From: Antechinus flavipes
Lineage: Eukaryota
DNA: 64,000 nucleotides
Assembly (NCBI RefSeq): GCF_016432865.1
Contig: NC_067401.1
Span: 29,822,001 to 29,886,000, forward strand
Reading direction: 5' to 3'
Numbering within the stretch: the first letter of the stretch is position 1; every line of letters starts with the position of its first letter. The notes under the pieces were generated by a model that made no database searches, was not told where the DNA came from, and worked only from the letters and a program-made list of their open reading frames with translations. Position numbers and translations under genes: made by a program. This document shows, piece after piece, positions 1 to 12,095 of this stretch.

Positions 1-2169
1 AGACAGATCGGTAGAAGGGGGTGCTTGGGAGAACGCAGGAAGTCCGGGAGTGCGGAGGAGGGAGAGACCATCACCTGCCTAGGGAACAGAGCCGTGCTGC
101 CAGGAAAGGGGTCACCCCCAGCAGGGGGAGAATGCCTATTTGTGTCTGGGTCAGAAGCAGCCCGGGTATAGGACATGGAGCCCTGTCCTTAGATTCAGTG
201 ATACCCACTGCTCCTGCTCCAGACTCTTAGTAAATGTGTGTGCGACCTTGGGCAAGCCCCTCACTCTTTCTGAGCCCCACTCAGTCAAAACTGGGGGCAT
301 ATGATAGTCCCTATCACAAGATTGTTGTATCGCTCAATGAGATAAGGTAGGGAAAATGGTCTACAAAGCACCGTCAACATCTCAGCTCTGATGATGTTTG
401 TGGTCCCAGGCGTTTGGGAGTAATTTGCTCAGTGTGGGTCCGAGGTGAGATTTGCACCAAGGCTTCCCGAGTCCAAGTGTTACATCATTACTGAAGCTGA
501 GGCGAGCATGGCCTAGGGCATCAGGAGCTGGCTTTGGAACCAGGAAGACCCGAGTTCGGGTTTTACCAGCACCGATCCGTCCTGGCTGTGAGGCAAGTCC
601 CATGATTTCTCAGTGACCCAGGTGCCAGCCTACCTTGGCAAAAAGAATTTCCTCACCTTGGGGTTTCCCATCCAGGTGAAAGCACACCTCCAAGTCCTGG
701 CTCTCGGGACACGCTCGTACATTTACAGCCTTAGAGGGGATCTAGTCCAGGCCTGAGGAGACAGCGGATGAGGAAGTTAAGTGACTTACTCAGCACTACC
801 TGGGCCCTAAGTGCAGGTCTGAACCAGGTTCTTTAATTCCCAGACCGGTGCTGCTTTCATCTGGGGAGTAAACCCAGTGATGGGAAGATAAAGCACGGTC
901 AGGCCTGGACCTCATTAGCTCTGAGCCCCCTGTCCCTTTTTATAGCCTGGGTGGGGAGATCAGTGACCGAAAAAGTCCCGTTCTTGCCCTCTTAGATACA
1001 TTCTCCTTCTCTGGGAAACGGGAGCAAATCTGGAGTTGTTGTACATTGTCACCTTGGGGAATTGGAGTCGCCATCGACACAGGTGGCGTTAGGCCAGAAC
1101 CAAAGCACTCGGCTGGGAAGCCAGGAAGAAAAAAGGCCGGGAGGGGAGCTCGTCAGAACCTAGTTGGCCCAAGGCCCTCGCTGGCACGGGGGCGGATAAA
1201 GTGGCGCAGGGGAGTGGTGGAGAGGGAGGCCTAATTTCCCATCTGGTGGCAGGGACCGGGGAGAATTCAGGGCACGGAAGCTGCAGCGAAGAGGAGGGAG
1301 GAGTGGGACTTGCCACTACAGGCTCTTCCAGCGGGAATTAGTCCATGTGCCAAATTGTTCTCGACAGCCCTGAACGAGAGATGCCGGCTCAGCTCTCTGG
1401 GAAGAAGGCTTTTTAAACAATTTGGTTAAAATGTTCAAAATGGAAAGGGCTCGGCAGCTGGATGCCAAGGGACTTTTTCCTTTGTGATACTGAGAAAGTT
1501 GGTTGAGAATCCCTTGGGTATTAGGGAGGCGAAGAATATAATAATAGCTAACCTTTGCATAGGGTCTGCTATGTGCCAGGTCCTGTGTTAAAGCACTTTA
1601 CAATTATCATCTCATTCAGTCCTCCCAACTACAGGTTTATTATCTCCCATTTTACAGATGAAGAAACTGAGGCAGGTAGTAGCTAACTTGACTTGGCCCA
1701 GGGTTACACAACTAGTAAGCCTCTGCGGGCAAATTTGGATTCAGATTACCCTGAGCGCAGGCTCAGCGCTTTCTCCACTGCACTATCTAGCATCTGTTCA
1801 CCCCTGTCCACCGGCTTCTGTCTGTGGCTCCAAGGACTTTCATGGCACAAAATGACAATTTAAATGACCTAGGACCCTGGGTCCTGCCAGATAATCCCAG
1901 GGATGCAAGAGCAGGGTCTGTAGCCTCTAGGCAGGGAGTGTGCAGATGGAGGGACACCTAGGGTCTTAATTTAATCAGTTGTTACCCCCATTCCCATTCC
2001 ATTCACACTTGGATCTTGCTCCCAGTCTCCCATCCTTAGGGTACAAATCAGAACGGCTCCCTGCCCTTGCTCCTTTGCAATAGAAGCCTTGCTTCCCTCA
2101 CGTCTCCTCAGACCATCATCTCTTCTAAAAACGAGAGAATTGTCATTAGTGCAGAATCCAAACAACCAG

Positions 2170-2427
2170 CAAGCTTTAAAACATGGAGATCACGAACTTA
2201 CTTTAAAACACATATTATTTATATTACATCTAAAATATTATATATATATATATATATATAATGTATGTATGTATATATATACATATACACCCATAAATAG
2301 ACATAATTGGTTTCATTTGTCATCTCCTATATCTCATATTATACATTTAAAAACTTGCTTCTGAGAAGGGTCTGTAGGCTCCTGCTGCCCGACAGGTCCA
2401 AGACACAACCAAGGTTAGGAGAACTGG
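2170..2427 (-). mobile_element. hAT-like MITE family copy (others at ~37447-37640, 47366-47560, 48700-48957, all +)
   Basis: All four share the core cccttctcagaat..ttttaaatgcataaaataaaataca..ggaaaccaatt.tattgaaa and ends resembling ggttaagaac. Family name not assigned. Confidence 0.6.
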
Positions 2428-3280
2428 CTTTTAAAAGCTGCGGTCCTGGGGGCAGCTAGCTACCCTGTAACTTGCTGGAATCGACTTATTTACATGGTGC
2501 CTCCCACGTTCCAATGGAAGTTCCTTGGGGCAGCAGAGCGCGCTAGCTCTGGAGTCAGGAGGCCCTGAATTCAACTCTGATCTCAACAGTTGTGTGAGTG
2601 TGTGTATGTGTGTGTAGAACAGGCTATAATAATCCGGGTTTGTCATGTGGGACTCTTGGACACTAGAAAACTCAAATTCTGACTCTTCAGAGGATGATTC
2701 TTTGGTCTAGTTTGTGTTTTATGTATATTCAGATTCTCCCAAAACTGAGAGATCGTACGTGGAATTTACTTTATTCTATTCACTAGAACACTCCATTCCC
2801 ACGTTTTCCGGACACATTTTGGACCCGGGCCATCAAGGAGCCTCCATTCTTTGCTGTTGTTGAGGCAGTCAGGATAAGGGACTTGCCCAGGGCCACGCAG
2901 CTAGTACGCGTCTGAGCCAGATTTGAACTCAGGTTCTTGATTCTAGGGCTGGTTGCCCCAAGGAGCTTCTGTTCTAATGTGGGAGTTAGAATGTAAGTAA
3001 CTGGATTTCCACAAGCTGCAGAGTAGAGGGCAATGATCTGAGAGGAAGGCACTGGAAGCTAAGGGAGGACCAGGAAGGGCTTTCTGCAGAAGGCGGGGTC
3101 TGAGCCACATCCTGAAGAGGATTCTAAGAAGTGGAGGTGAGAGAGGGGGAGCACACTAGGCATCGGGGCCAGCCAGTGTAAAAATCTGGAGGCTGGAGAT
3201 GAGGCCTCCGTGGAAGAAACAGCACATGGGGGATCCTGGAGAATGTGCATGAGAATAAAGTGTAAGAAGACAGGAAGAGC

Positions 3281-3433
3281 ATGTATTGGGTCTAACATGT
3301 ATTTCAACATATTTAACATGTATGGGACTACCTGCCAGCTAGGGAAGGGGGTGGGGGGAAGAAGGTTATGCAAGGTTTAAAATTGAAAAATTACCCATGC
3401 ATGTGTTTTGTAAATAAAGTTTTAATTAAAAAG
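3281..3433 (+). mobile_element. 5'-truncated L1 3'-end (~150 bp) in the last MYO18A intron
   Basis: Resembles the L1 3' UTR (ggactacctgccagctagggaagggggtgggggg..aaaaattacccatgcatgtgttttgtaaataaa). Near-perfect TSD aagaagacaggaagagc (3264-3280) / aagaaggacaggaagagc (3434-3451). Confidence 0.75.
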
Positions 3434-3638
3434 AAGAAGGACAGGAAGAGCTCTAAATGCCCAACACAAGGCTTCTCTCCTTTCTTTCACCCCTGGTTAT
3501 TTATGAGGGCTCCTTGGCTCCCATGCTGGCCTTGGGTTGCCCTCTGCTTGCAGTGGCCAAAAGAAGAGGATGCCGCCAGAGTTGGCTTTGGGGGCTCCTG
3601 AAGGGCCCCCCACTGAGTCTGTTCTTCTCTCCTTGCAG

Positions 3639-3783
3639 CCCTTCCAGCTACCAGAAGTCCCTTGCCCTCGACCGATCAGACGATGAGCATGACCCCCTGG
3701 ACCACGCCGGCCGATCCCGATACTCTCACAGCTACCTGAGCGACAGCGACACGGAGGCCAAGCTGGGGGACTCCAGTGCGTAG
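3639..3783 (+). CDS. MYO18A: MYO18A terminal coding exon (unconventional myosin XVIIIa C-terminal tail)
   Basis: Acceptor ttcttctctccttgcag ends at 3638. Frame reads [50 protein letters not shown], matching the mammalian MYO18A C-terminus as I recall it ([40 protein letters not shown]). Tail-to-tail synteny with PIPOX agrees. Upstream exons were not found in the window. Confidence 0.95.
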
Positions 3784-4725
3784 CCCATGACATTTGCTCC
3801 GATGTCCCTCTCCCAGCGTGGCTTGCTACAGGCAAACGCCTCTCCCAAAGGATGCTGGGGCTCACGCCTTCCCGCCCCTCAATCTGCACCATCATTTTGC
3901 ATGGGAAAGACCTATTCCAGCCCCTTCCGGGGAGGACACTCCGGAACATGGTGGCTCTTTACCCCTGCCACAGAGAGACGGCAAGAGGAGAAGAATGTCC
4001 GGAGAAAAACTCAGAACCCTTTCCTGCCTCCTTCAAAGTAATCGACAGCATAGCTCGGACATTCCCCTTGGGCCACGCGGGAGCAGCCTTTTAGCCCTTG
4101 GGGATGGGGAGCCATGCTGGGATCGGACTTCTCCACTGGGATGTTCTTCAGTCGCTTTGTCCCCTGGAGGGAGCAGCCCCAGATCCTTCCCTCTGGGGAG
4201 GAGGGCTTTCTCTTCTCAGTGCCTGCTGTCTTTTTTATGTTATAATTTAAATACCTTCCCAAGGCCAAGTCCCCAGGAAGGGGGAAGGAAGAAAGAGGCT
4301 ACAGTAAGGGAAGGGGGAGAGAGATGGGGGAGGGGCAGACCCCCAGCTTTGCCCTTCAGTTGAGCCTTTGTTTGCCCAACTGAAGAGGAGGGAGCCAGAT
4401 TGAGAGAGTGAATAAGGTGGGCTCAGAGGGTTCCACGGGCCTATGAGACAGCTTAGACAGACATGGCAATTCGACCCCCACAATGCACACAGTGGGGTAA
4501 GTGTGGATACAGGCTTGGGGCTTAGTCAAACCACCCCTCCCCTTGTTCCTGTGTCCCAGTAGACTGACATAAGAGCACAACTTCTGGAAAGGAAGGCCTT
4601 GCCTTGAGTGTTGACTATCAGAAACACTGAAGAATGGGTTTTTCTTAAGTGATGTGGGATGGGTGGGTCCGTTGAACCCAGTCTCCTGCACTCCCACATC
4701 AAGCCCTCATCCTTCCTACATTCTG

Positions 4726-4897
4726 NNNNNNNNNNNNNNNNNNNNNNNNNNNNNNNNNNNNNNNNNNNNNNNNNNNNNNNNNNNNNNNNNNNNNNNNNNN
4801 NNNNNNNNNNNNNNNNNNNNNNNNNNNNNNNNNNNNNNNNNNNNNNNNNNNNNNNNNNNNNNNNNNNNNNNNNNNNNNNNNNNNNNNNNNNNNNNNN
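4726..4897. other. Assembly gap (first of 13: also 7606-7753, 12141-12283, 15415-15542, 28725-28864, 33476-33711, five within 35983-37249, 45707-45940, 60228-60369)
   Basis: Runs of N. Confidence 0.98.
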
Positions 4898-5131
4898 TTT
4901 CTCTTTCCCCCATGCCCAAAAGAATACCCCATTTCTTTCACTATGCTGACCATATAACTTCTCTAGGGCTGAGCCCCCATCGGTTAGCCTTTTGATAAAA
5001 AATCAGCCACGAGGGCCAAAGAGCAATGCCTGGTGGAACAGCCTGGTTCACTTCTGCTGGTCCCTTTCTCTTCTCTCTCGGTTTGCACTTGGACTGTGCG
5101 TCTCTTTTCCCCTGATTACTTTCAGTATGGA

Positions 5132-5137
5132 AATAAA
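5132..5137 (+). terminator. Candidate MYO18A polyadenylation signal AATAAA
   Basis: gaAATAAAttttcttttccttctg: canonical hexamer with a downstream U-rich element, ~1.35 kb after the stop. Confidence 0.55.
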
Positions 5138-8137
5138 TTTTCTTTTCCTTCTGACCCTGTCAAATTTCCTGCAGTTTCTGAGTCAGGATACAGGCTTTCA
5201 GGGAGATAAACTCCTAGTTAGACCTATAATTTGAGCTTAACTGCTCAGAAAGCCTTATGAATAACATAAGGAAACGATGGGGTTGGGATGGGAGGGAATA
5301 GAAGACACAGGCTTTTTTACCCTATAGTCATGTAGTTTGGTCCTGTGGAAGGTCATCAGACTATTCAAGCTGACAGCCTGGAAGTCATCTGGAAATCATC
5401 TCATCCATCTGCTGCCTTCGTGCCTTCACCTAGCTCAAACTAAGACTGGAAAGCTCTGTCAGAGTTCAAAATTTCCAAGGAAAGGCAATTATAATCATTC
5501 ACATTTTTTTCTCGGATTACCAAGCCCTTTCCCAGTAGAAAATGCTTTTTTTCCTCCCAGTTGAACCTCTGTCCTCAATGTAATTCCTTGACTGGACTTT
5601 GCAGAAACAAAGGGGACCCGGTCTTCCCCCTCAACCTTTTGTTGGGTCAGCAGCCATCTCTGTACGGCACAAGGAGCATTCGCCAGAGTTGCCTTTGGCC
5701 CTTGCTCTCTGTGTGACCTTGTGAAAGGTTTCTTTCACTTCCGTTTTCTCCTCTGTAAAATGAGGCCTCTGAGATCTCTTCCAATTCGAAATTTATGCTC
5801 TTTTACTAGTCTCTGCCCTCTCATTTCATCCCCTTCACCAAGCTCCCTTCCCCCCCCAAAAAAATCACATCCCTAGTTATTTACCATGAATTTTCACCTG
5901 TGAACATTTGAACACTAATAGTATCTGAGTTTTCATCTGGCAGCTGCTGTTAGGCAGGGAGGGGGTCTCAGGGAACACGGATGAAGAAGAGGGATGGAAA
6001 TTCTGGGTACCAGGGATCTAGTGAAAAGATGGGAAGGATGGGATAACCACCAAAGACTGAGGGGTGAAGGTTTACTCCATCTTAGACAAAGGACTTCATC
6101 GGGCTTCTGTTTTGGACAGACTTGGTGGCAGAAGGGAAACATTCATAGGGATAATGCTAGACACTAACATTTGGTTTGACCGACTCCATCTTTTGTTTCC
6201 ACCTTCAAATGGTTTGGATCATTTTCTGGCTCAACTCAGAATTGGGCCTACATTCATCCAGCTCAGACTGCCAGGTGAGTGTCTCCGGGATTAATTAGTA
6301 GTGTCAATGCTGCCCTCCTTTTCCCATCAACAACACCACTGAGACCAAAGACTAACTGGGTGCTGTCCAATGATTGGAGGAGCTTTCCTTTCAGCACCTC
6401 ACATATTGTCCTTGGTGCTGGGCTCATATGCTTAGAGAGTACGTAACCCAAAGGTGATTTTTATCAGCCAAAGAGTTCAGATGCCCAGGTATCTGCATGG
6501 TCAACAAAGGGCCCATCTTTATTTTATCTTTAGGGTCTCAGTCAAAATTCAAGTCTTTGCCATTAACTTGTGTGGCTTCTTCATCAAAGGAGATTGTTGG
6601 GATCAAATGATCCCTGGGGTCTGCCTTCAGCTTTTAGTCCCCAGAATTACATCATAACCATACGGTGATAACCAGATGGCAATTAGTTGGCTCCCTGTGT
6701 ACTAAGGTCAAAGCTTCCCTCAGGTTAGTTGTACCCAGTAGAGTACAACCCATCTTCCCCCAGTGCCCTTTCCCTAAAACAAGATGCCATAATTACTCAA
6801 ACCGCTTGGACATAAGCAGCGACCTTGGGAGTAACAAAGGACTGCAGCTTTGTGATTCAACAAGCAGTGATTCCCCTTTCTCTAAAGAGGGGGCTGTAGA
6901 ACACTGAGGTTTCTTCCAAGTCTAAATATAAGGTCCTATTATATGCCAAGTAAAGGCAGGATGACATGGAAGAAAACTGGCCTCCAAGCTAGGAAGCCTG
7001 AAGCCTGACATATATTAGCTGAGACCCTGGCAGGGGTTCTAGGCAACAAAGTTTGAGAGGCAGGGTGGGGCTGCACTGGTAGGTTTTCCTCACCGGGAGC
7101 CCCAGGACTGGTCAAATCATGAGACTGGTTTAAAAAAAAGGCACCAAACACTGCGATAGTCATTGGGAATACAAAGGCAATCACTACGGCGTCTGCTTGG
7201 CGGTAGCTTCTGTTCTTCTCGAAAGAAAACCTACAGTAAGAAATCAACACCAAACTTATGTAATTTGGGCAAGCAGAACACTAACCATTTGGAAGATAAG
7301 AAAGGGCCTTGTGGGAAAGGTAGTGCTTGAGCTGATGCTTGAAGGGAGCTGGGTTTTCTCAGGTAAGAGAATCTGTACAGAATCCCAAAGATGAGAGATG
7401 GGATGTCAGGTACTGGAACGATCAGTGGCCTGGTTCATCCTCACTCCCCATGGGGCCTGATTGATATCCGTGGCATCCTCTCCAAGGGCTGAGGTGTTGA
7501 TGACCCCCAGACTCCCCACCCCCTCCATCCCCAGCTTCAGATGGGCAGGTTCTCCCATTTGTCCTTTCTTGCCTCCCCCATCCCCAGCTGCCTGGTGGTA
7601 TACACNNNNNNNNNNNNNNNNNNNNNNNNNNNNNNNNNNNNNNNNNNNNNNNNNNNNNNNNNNNNNNNNNNNNNNNNNNNNNNNNNNNNNNNNNNNNNNN
7701 NNNNNNNNNNNNNNNNNNNNNNNNNNNNNNNNNNNNNNNNNNNNNNNNNNNNNATGCCGTGTGGACTGCATCTCCCCACTGTTCCCCAGAGCTGAGCTCT
7801 TGTCTCCCTCGTTCCTCGGGCAAGAAGCCCAAAAAGGCCATCTTGCGTATCTGAAGTACCTGAGGTGGTCCGCCACCTTGAGAAGTCATTTCATCTGTTT
7901 CCCTTCTTCTTTCTGAGCATTTTTGTGGTAAGTGGGGAGGATAATTCTCAGATCTCCAAGGAAGATTTCTTCAACTCCTCTGGTCACTTTTTAAGAGGGC
8001 TCCATAGCCTTTCTCATTATCTACCCTTGATCCCATCAGCCTCCTAGTGGATTGCCAGGAAAGATGGAGCATGTGTATTGGTGTCTTTCATAACCCTAGA
8101 GAGATGGGTTATTTGTGAATCACAAAATGCTAGAAGC

Positions 8138-8587
8138 AATGTGACTTTGGAGATCCTCTTATTTAACAGGTAAAGAAATAGGTTCAAGATGCAAAGTTCA
8201 TAGAGTATGTGACTCTAAAAAGCCAAGGAAAAAGAAGGGGTCTGGAACTAAATGTGACTTTAGAGACCCTCTTATTTAACAGATAAAGAAATGGGTTCAA
8301 GATGCAAAATTCATAGAGTATATGACTCCAAAAAGCCAAGGAAAAAGAAGGGATCTGGAACTAAATGTGACTTTAGAGACCCTCTTATTTAACAGATAAA
8401 GAAATGGGTTCAAGATGCAAAGTTCATAGAGTGTGTGACTCCAAAAAGCCAAGAAAAAAGGAGGAATTTGGAACTAAATATGGTCTTAGAGATCCTGTTA
8501 TTCAAACAGGTAAAGAAATGGGTTCAGGATGCAAAGCTCATAGAACGTGTGACTCCAAAAAGCCAACAAAAAAGAAGGGATCTGGAG
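8138..8587 (+). repeat. Minisatellite, ~4 copies of a 113-bp unit
   Basis: The unit start aatgtgactt recurs at 8138, 8251, 8364 and (as aatatggtct) 8477. Confidence 0.9.
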
Positions 8588-10544
8588 AAGAAATATTTAG
8601 ATGCTGCCAAAGATGTAGAAAAACAAGGCAAACTCATTCCTTGTTGGTGGAATTGCGAACTTGGAAGTTAGAATCTAGAACATGAGAAATGAAAAGGGTC
8701 CTAGAAACCCTTTAGTCCACCATCACAAAGGTGAAAAGAACCTCAGTGTTTAACTGACTCATTCTTACAGATAAGGAAACTGAGGCCCAAAGAGGTTTGA
8801 TGTGTTTTTTTTTTTTTAAAGACTTGGCCATGGTTACAGAGCCAGGATTTGAACTCAGGGCTTCAACACATTTCACTGTACCTACTATACGACCAAACAG
8901 TTTTACAGAGAAGGTGAAGAGACTAGTAAAGTGTCAGATCTGGAATTTGACCCTGGTCTAGTTCAACTCATTTCCCCTTCCTCAGCTAAGTCCAGTTTCC
9001 CAAATCAGCCTGCCCAAATCAGGCTGGTCTGATTACAAACCGACATACCCTAAGCCAGCAGTTCGTCCATAATGCTTTTCCCTTCAACTTGATTTGAGGG
9101 AACTTTGGTCCAGAGACAGAATAACAGAGAAATCAAAATCAAAAAATAACCAAAAGCATAAGATTGAGAGTCTGTTCATGATCTGCCACTGGGCAACTGA
9201 AACAAATCCCTGTTTTAATCTGTACTTCAAGCTCTTCTGTAAAATCCTACGGGCTGGACTCTATGATGTCCGAGGCCCCTTACAGGCCCTCCGTTCTAAG
9301 TTCTAATTTCACACTTGAACCTCACACAGCCTCTATTCTCTCTTCCTGGCAAAACACCTCCTTGTTTTGCAAGAGACTCAAAATGACCCCATGTTGGGTC
9401 TAAGGAGTTGTTGGGGATAAAGTGCAGCATTTCCAGCTGTGGCTGATCAGACAAAATGAGCCCAGAAGGCTCCACCACAAGCTGGGTACAAATAACCACT
9501 GAACATTTGGAGTGGAGTCGGAGGATGTCAGAACTGGAAGGGACCTTCGGCCCACCTCTTCTTGGTTTCCAGCGGCAGGGAAAGCAACCCACCCCAACCC
9601 TTGGGAGAACGCACCCATTCTGCTCCACTGTTGGCCCAAAGAGTAAGAGGAGCACAAAGGGTGGGAGGGGAAGGGATTCTGGAGGGGAAGAGATTCTGGG
9701 GCGCCCGGCTCCCATCCTGGAGGATGCCCCTTTTGGAAAGTGATGAAGGAGAGGAAAGCTGGGTAGACATCTTGTCTTCCCGGCCCGAGCTGGCCACCCT
9801 TCTGGGAAAGTTCCCTCCTCGCCCCCACACGTTGCCCAGCTCTGGCACCCATCCCAGGCTCTCCGGATGGGGCTCGAAGCCTCCTTTCATTTTCTTTAAT
9901 CGCTTTTTCCCTCCGTGTTCTGCCTGGTCCTGCCCACATTCCTTCCCTGGACTCCCTACAGACTCCTTATTAAAATGGCCCAAGTGGTGGCCCAGAAAAC
10001 AACGGGGGAGGGGAAGGGGAAAGGGGGGGGAGGATGATTGACGTCATTTGGGCTCATCTACATGGCAGTGTGACCTTTGAAGGCTCCAGGATCTCCCCAA
10101 ACGCTGAGTGGTGACTTTGCACGGCCCTCCCTCACTTAGAGTCAATTTTCTTGCATCACCTCCCTGATGTCGTGGTCCCTTCTTCCCTCCTCCATCTCTC
10201 CCGGGTACTTCAGGTGAACAGCTCCCACTGTCTCGGAAACATCCCCCCCCACCCTGCAGGGGGGCGCTGCTCCAAGCCTCCAACCTCTCCCTAGGCCCTT
10301 TCCCCAGCCCACACATGCCCCTGAGGAGGCAATGACATTTTGTTGGGGGGCTTTCTGGCTTTGTTTTTAAGAAACTATGGTATTTGGCTTTAGCCTCTGC
10401 TGGGCATGGCAGGAACCCTCTCGGGGCAATAGAAAGCAGATGCCCAGGGCTCCCCCCAGCCAAGTTTTTCAGGATTCAACCATTTTATTCAACTTTCAAT
10501 AATTTGTTGCATCCTGTGGCTCCCCTAAGTCTTCTCTCTTTTTC

Positions 10545-10982
10545 TCCTTCTGACTTCTCCTCCTCCTTTACTCCTTCTAGTCTTCCCTTATTTTCTTCAC
10601 TACTTTTCTCTCTTTCATTTTCCTTCTCTCCTTTGTCTTCTCTTCTTTTGCTTCTTCCTCCTTCTCTCCCTTTCTCATTCTTTTCTCCTTTCCTTCTTCT
10701 TTCCTTTTCTATTTTTCTTCTTTTATTTTTCCACTTCTTCTTTTCTCTCTTTTTCTTCCTCCCTTTTCTTTTTTCTCCTTCCTTCCTATCCCCTCTCTTC
10801 TTTTTCCTTTCTCTTCTTTCTTTTTCCCTCCTTCTCTCTCCTTCCCTCCCTCCCTCTCTTCTCCTTTGCTTCTCTCCTTCCTTCCATTCCCTTTTCCTCT
10901 CCTTCCTTTTCTTCTTTCCTATGTTTCCTTCTCTCTTTCCTTCTCTTACACTATCCCTTCTTTTCTCTCCTCCCTCTTTTTT
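10545..10982 (+). repeat. Long polypyrimidine/polypurine tract
   Basis: ~440 bp almost entirely C/T on the plus strand. Confidence 0.9.
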
Positions 10983-12043
10983 CACCAAGAGTCCTCAGGA
11001 ACAATCTCTGCCCCTTGGTCATTGTCCCAGTTCACCTGTCCCACTCAAAGTCACACCCTCAGGTGAATTGGGTTGGATGATGACTCTGGAAATGGGGAAG
11101 CCAGAGTAGATTAAGCACCTCACACATTTCTCCACACCAAAACCTCTGAGAGGATCTGGAAATAGGAGAAAGAAAGGAGGTTTCTGCCCACCACCTTGCT
11201 GCTTGGATGTCCATATATCTTGGATATACTTTGCTCTCCAAGGTACAGAGCTTTGATGATGTCAGCTCTTTTTAATAGTGGAGACTCAAGTTACTGTCAC
11301 CTTGGGAAGAAAAGGAAGGGGGTACTCAAGTTACTGTATCACCTTGGGGGGAGGGGATACTTTTCAAACCTTGCCCAAGTGTACACAAAAGTCTCCAAGA
11401 TTCCTTCCCACTCTGCAAGTCTATTCGTTCAATCACCCATCCTTTCCCTGCCCTCATACCCACAGCATCCCTTCCTCTCCATCCCTACAGTCTGTCTAAC
11501 ACCTTCACTCCCTTTCCATCTACACTAATTCTCTTTCCTTCCCACCTACAAAACCTTCCCTCTCCTCAAATCTCCCCTTTTCAAATCTAACCTGGGAGCA
11601 CTACAGTACCATGAAAAGCTCCTACTGGCTTTGGAGTCAGAGATCCTGAGTTCAAATCCTGTCTCTGACTTGTATTCCCTCTGTGATGTTCAGCATTTCA
11701 CTCAGTTTCCTCATCTGCAAAGGAAGAATTTGAGCTAGATGACCTCCCCTTTCAGCTTTAGAGCTGGGAGCCTCCTTCTCTCGCCTTTCTCTCCCGGAAT
11801 TTCTGCACCAATCTGTCTTTCTCACTCCCCTCTCTCCTTCATCCTCCCTTTTTAATAATAATGATAGCATTTGCAGAGCACCTACTATGTATCAGGAACC
11901 ATGCCAAGCGCTGCTCAAATGTTTTCTCATTTGGTCCTTACGGCAGTTCTTGGAGCTGGTGCAATTTATGTAGAACTGAGGTTGAATTCAGCCTTTGAGT
12001 TTTAGTTTAGCTTTAGTTAGATAGAACAAGTTTATTTGCTGTA

Positions 12044-12044
<1 letters not shown>

Positions 12045-12090
<46 letters not shown>
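12045..12090 (+). repeat. (CA)n microsatellite (others: (TA)n ~2240-2290, (CA)n 28418-28449, (TCCA/TCTA)n ~48834-48914, (TG)n ~51780-51822)
   Basis: Directly visible. Confidence 0.95.

Positions 12091-12095
<5 letters not shown>

Larger units (their letters stand above)
3784..5155 (+). other. MYO18A: Probable MYO18A 3' UTR (contains an N gap at 4726-4897)
   Basis: Runs from the stop codon to the first AATAAA I could find downstream (5132-5137), which is followed by a T-rich tract. The 3' end position is inferred. Confidence 0.6.

Noticed and set aside
1-3638. Penultimate MYO18A exon
   Set aside because: aagtcctggctctc near 692-705 mimics KSWLS, but flanking codons do not match the expected DRVDGVKSWLSKNK context; chance match.
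3784-5150. TIAF1-like ORF (annotated in the human MYO18A 3' UTR)
   Set aside because: None of the ORFs in this UTR resembles TIAF1 as I recall it; part of the UTR is also a gap.
6240-6280. Possible 35-nt exon ending in a perfect donor CAG/GTGAGT
   Set aside because: Isolated consensus donors are frequent; no coding or other support.
8138-8587. CRISPR-like array
   Set aside because: Whole 113-bp units repeat with no unique spacers; mammalian context; it is an ordinary minisatellite.
9296-10463. Overlapping 95-179 aa ORFs in GC-rich intergenic DNA
   Set aside because: Present in several frames on both strands with no domain signature; expected in GC-rich sequence.
10384-11109. 241-aa F/S/L-rich ORF and the antisense K/E/R-rich ORF
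   Set aside because: Translations of the polypyrimidine tract; low-complexity artefact.
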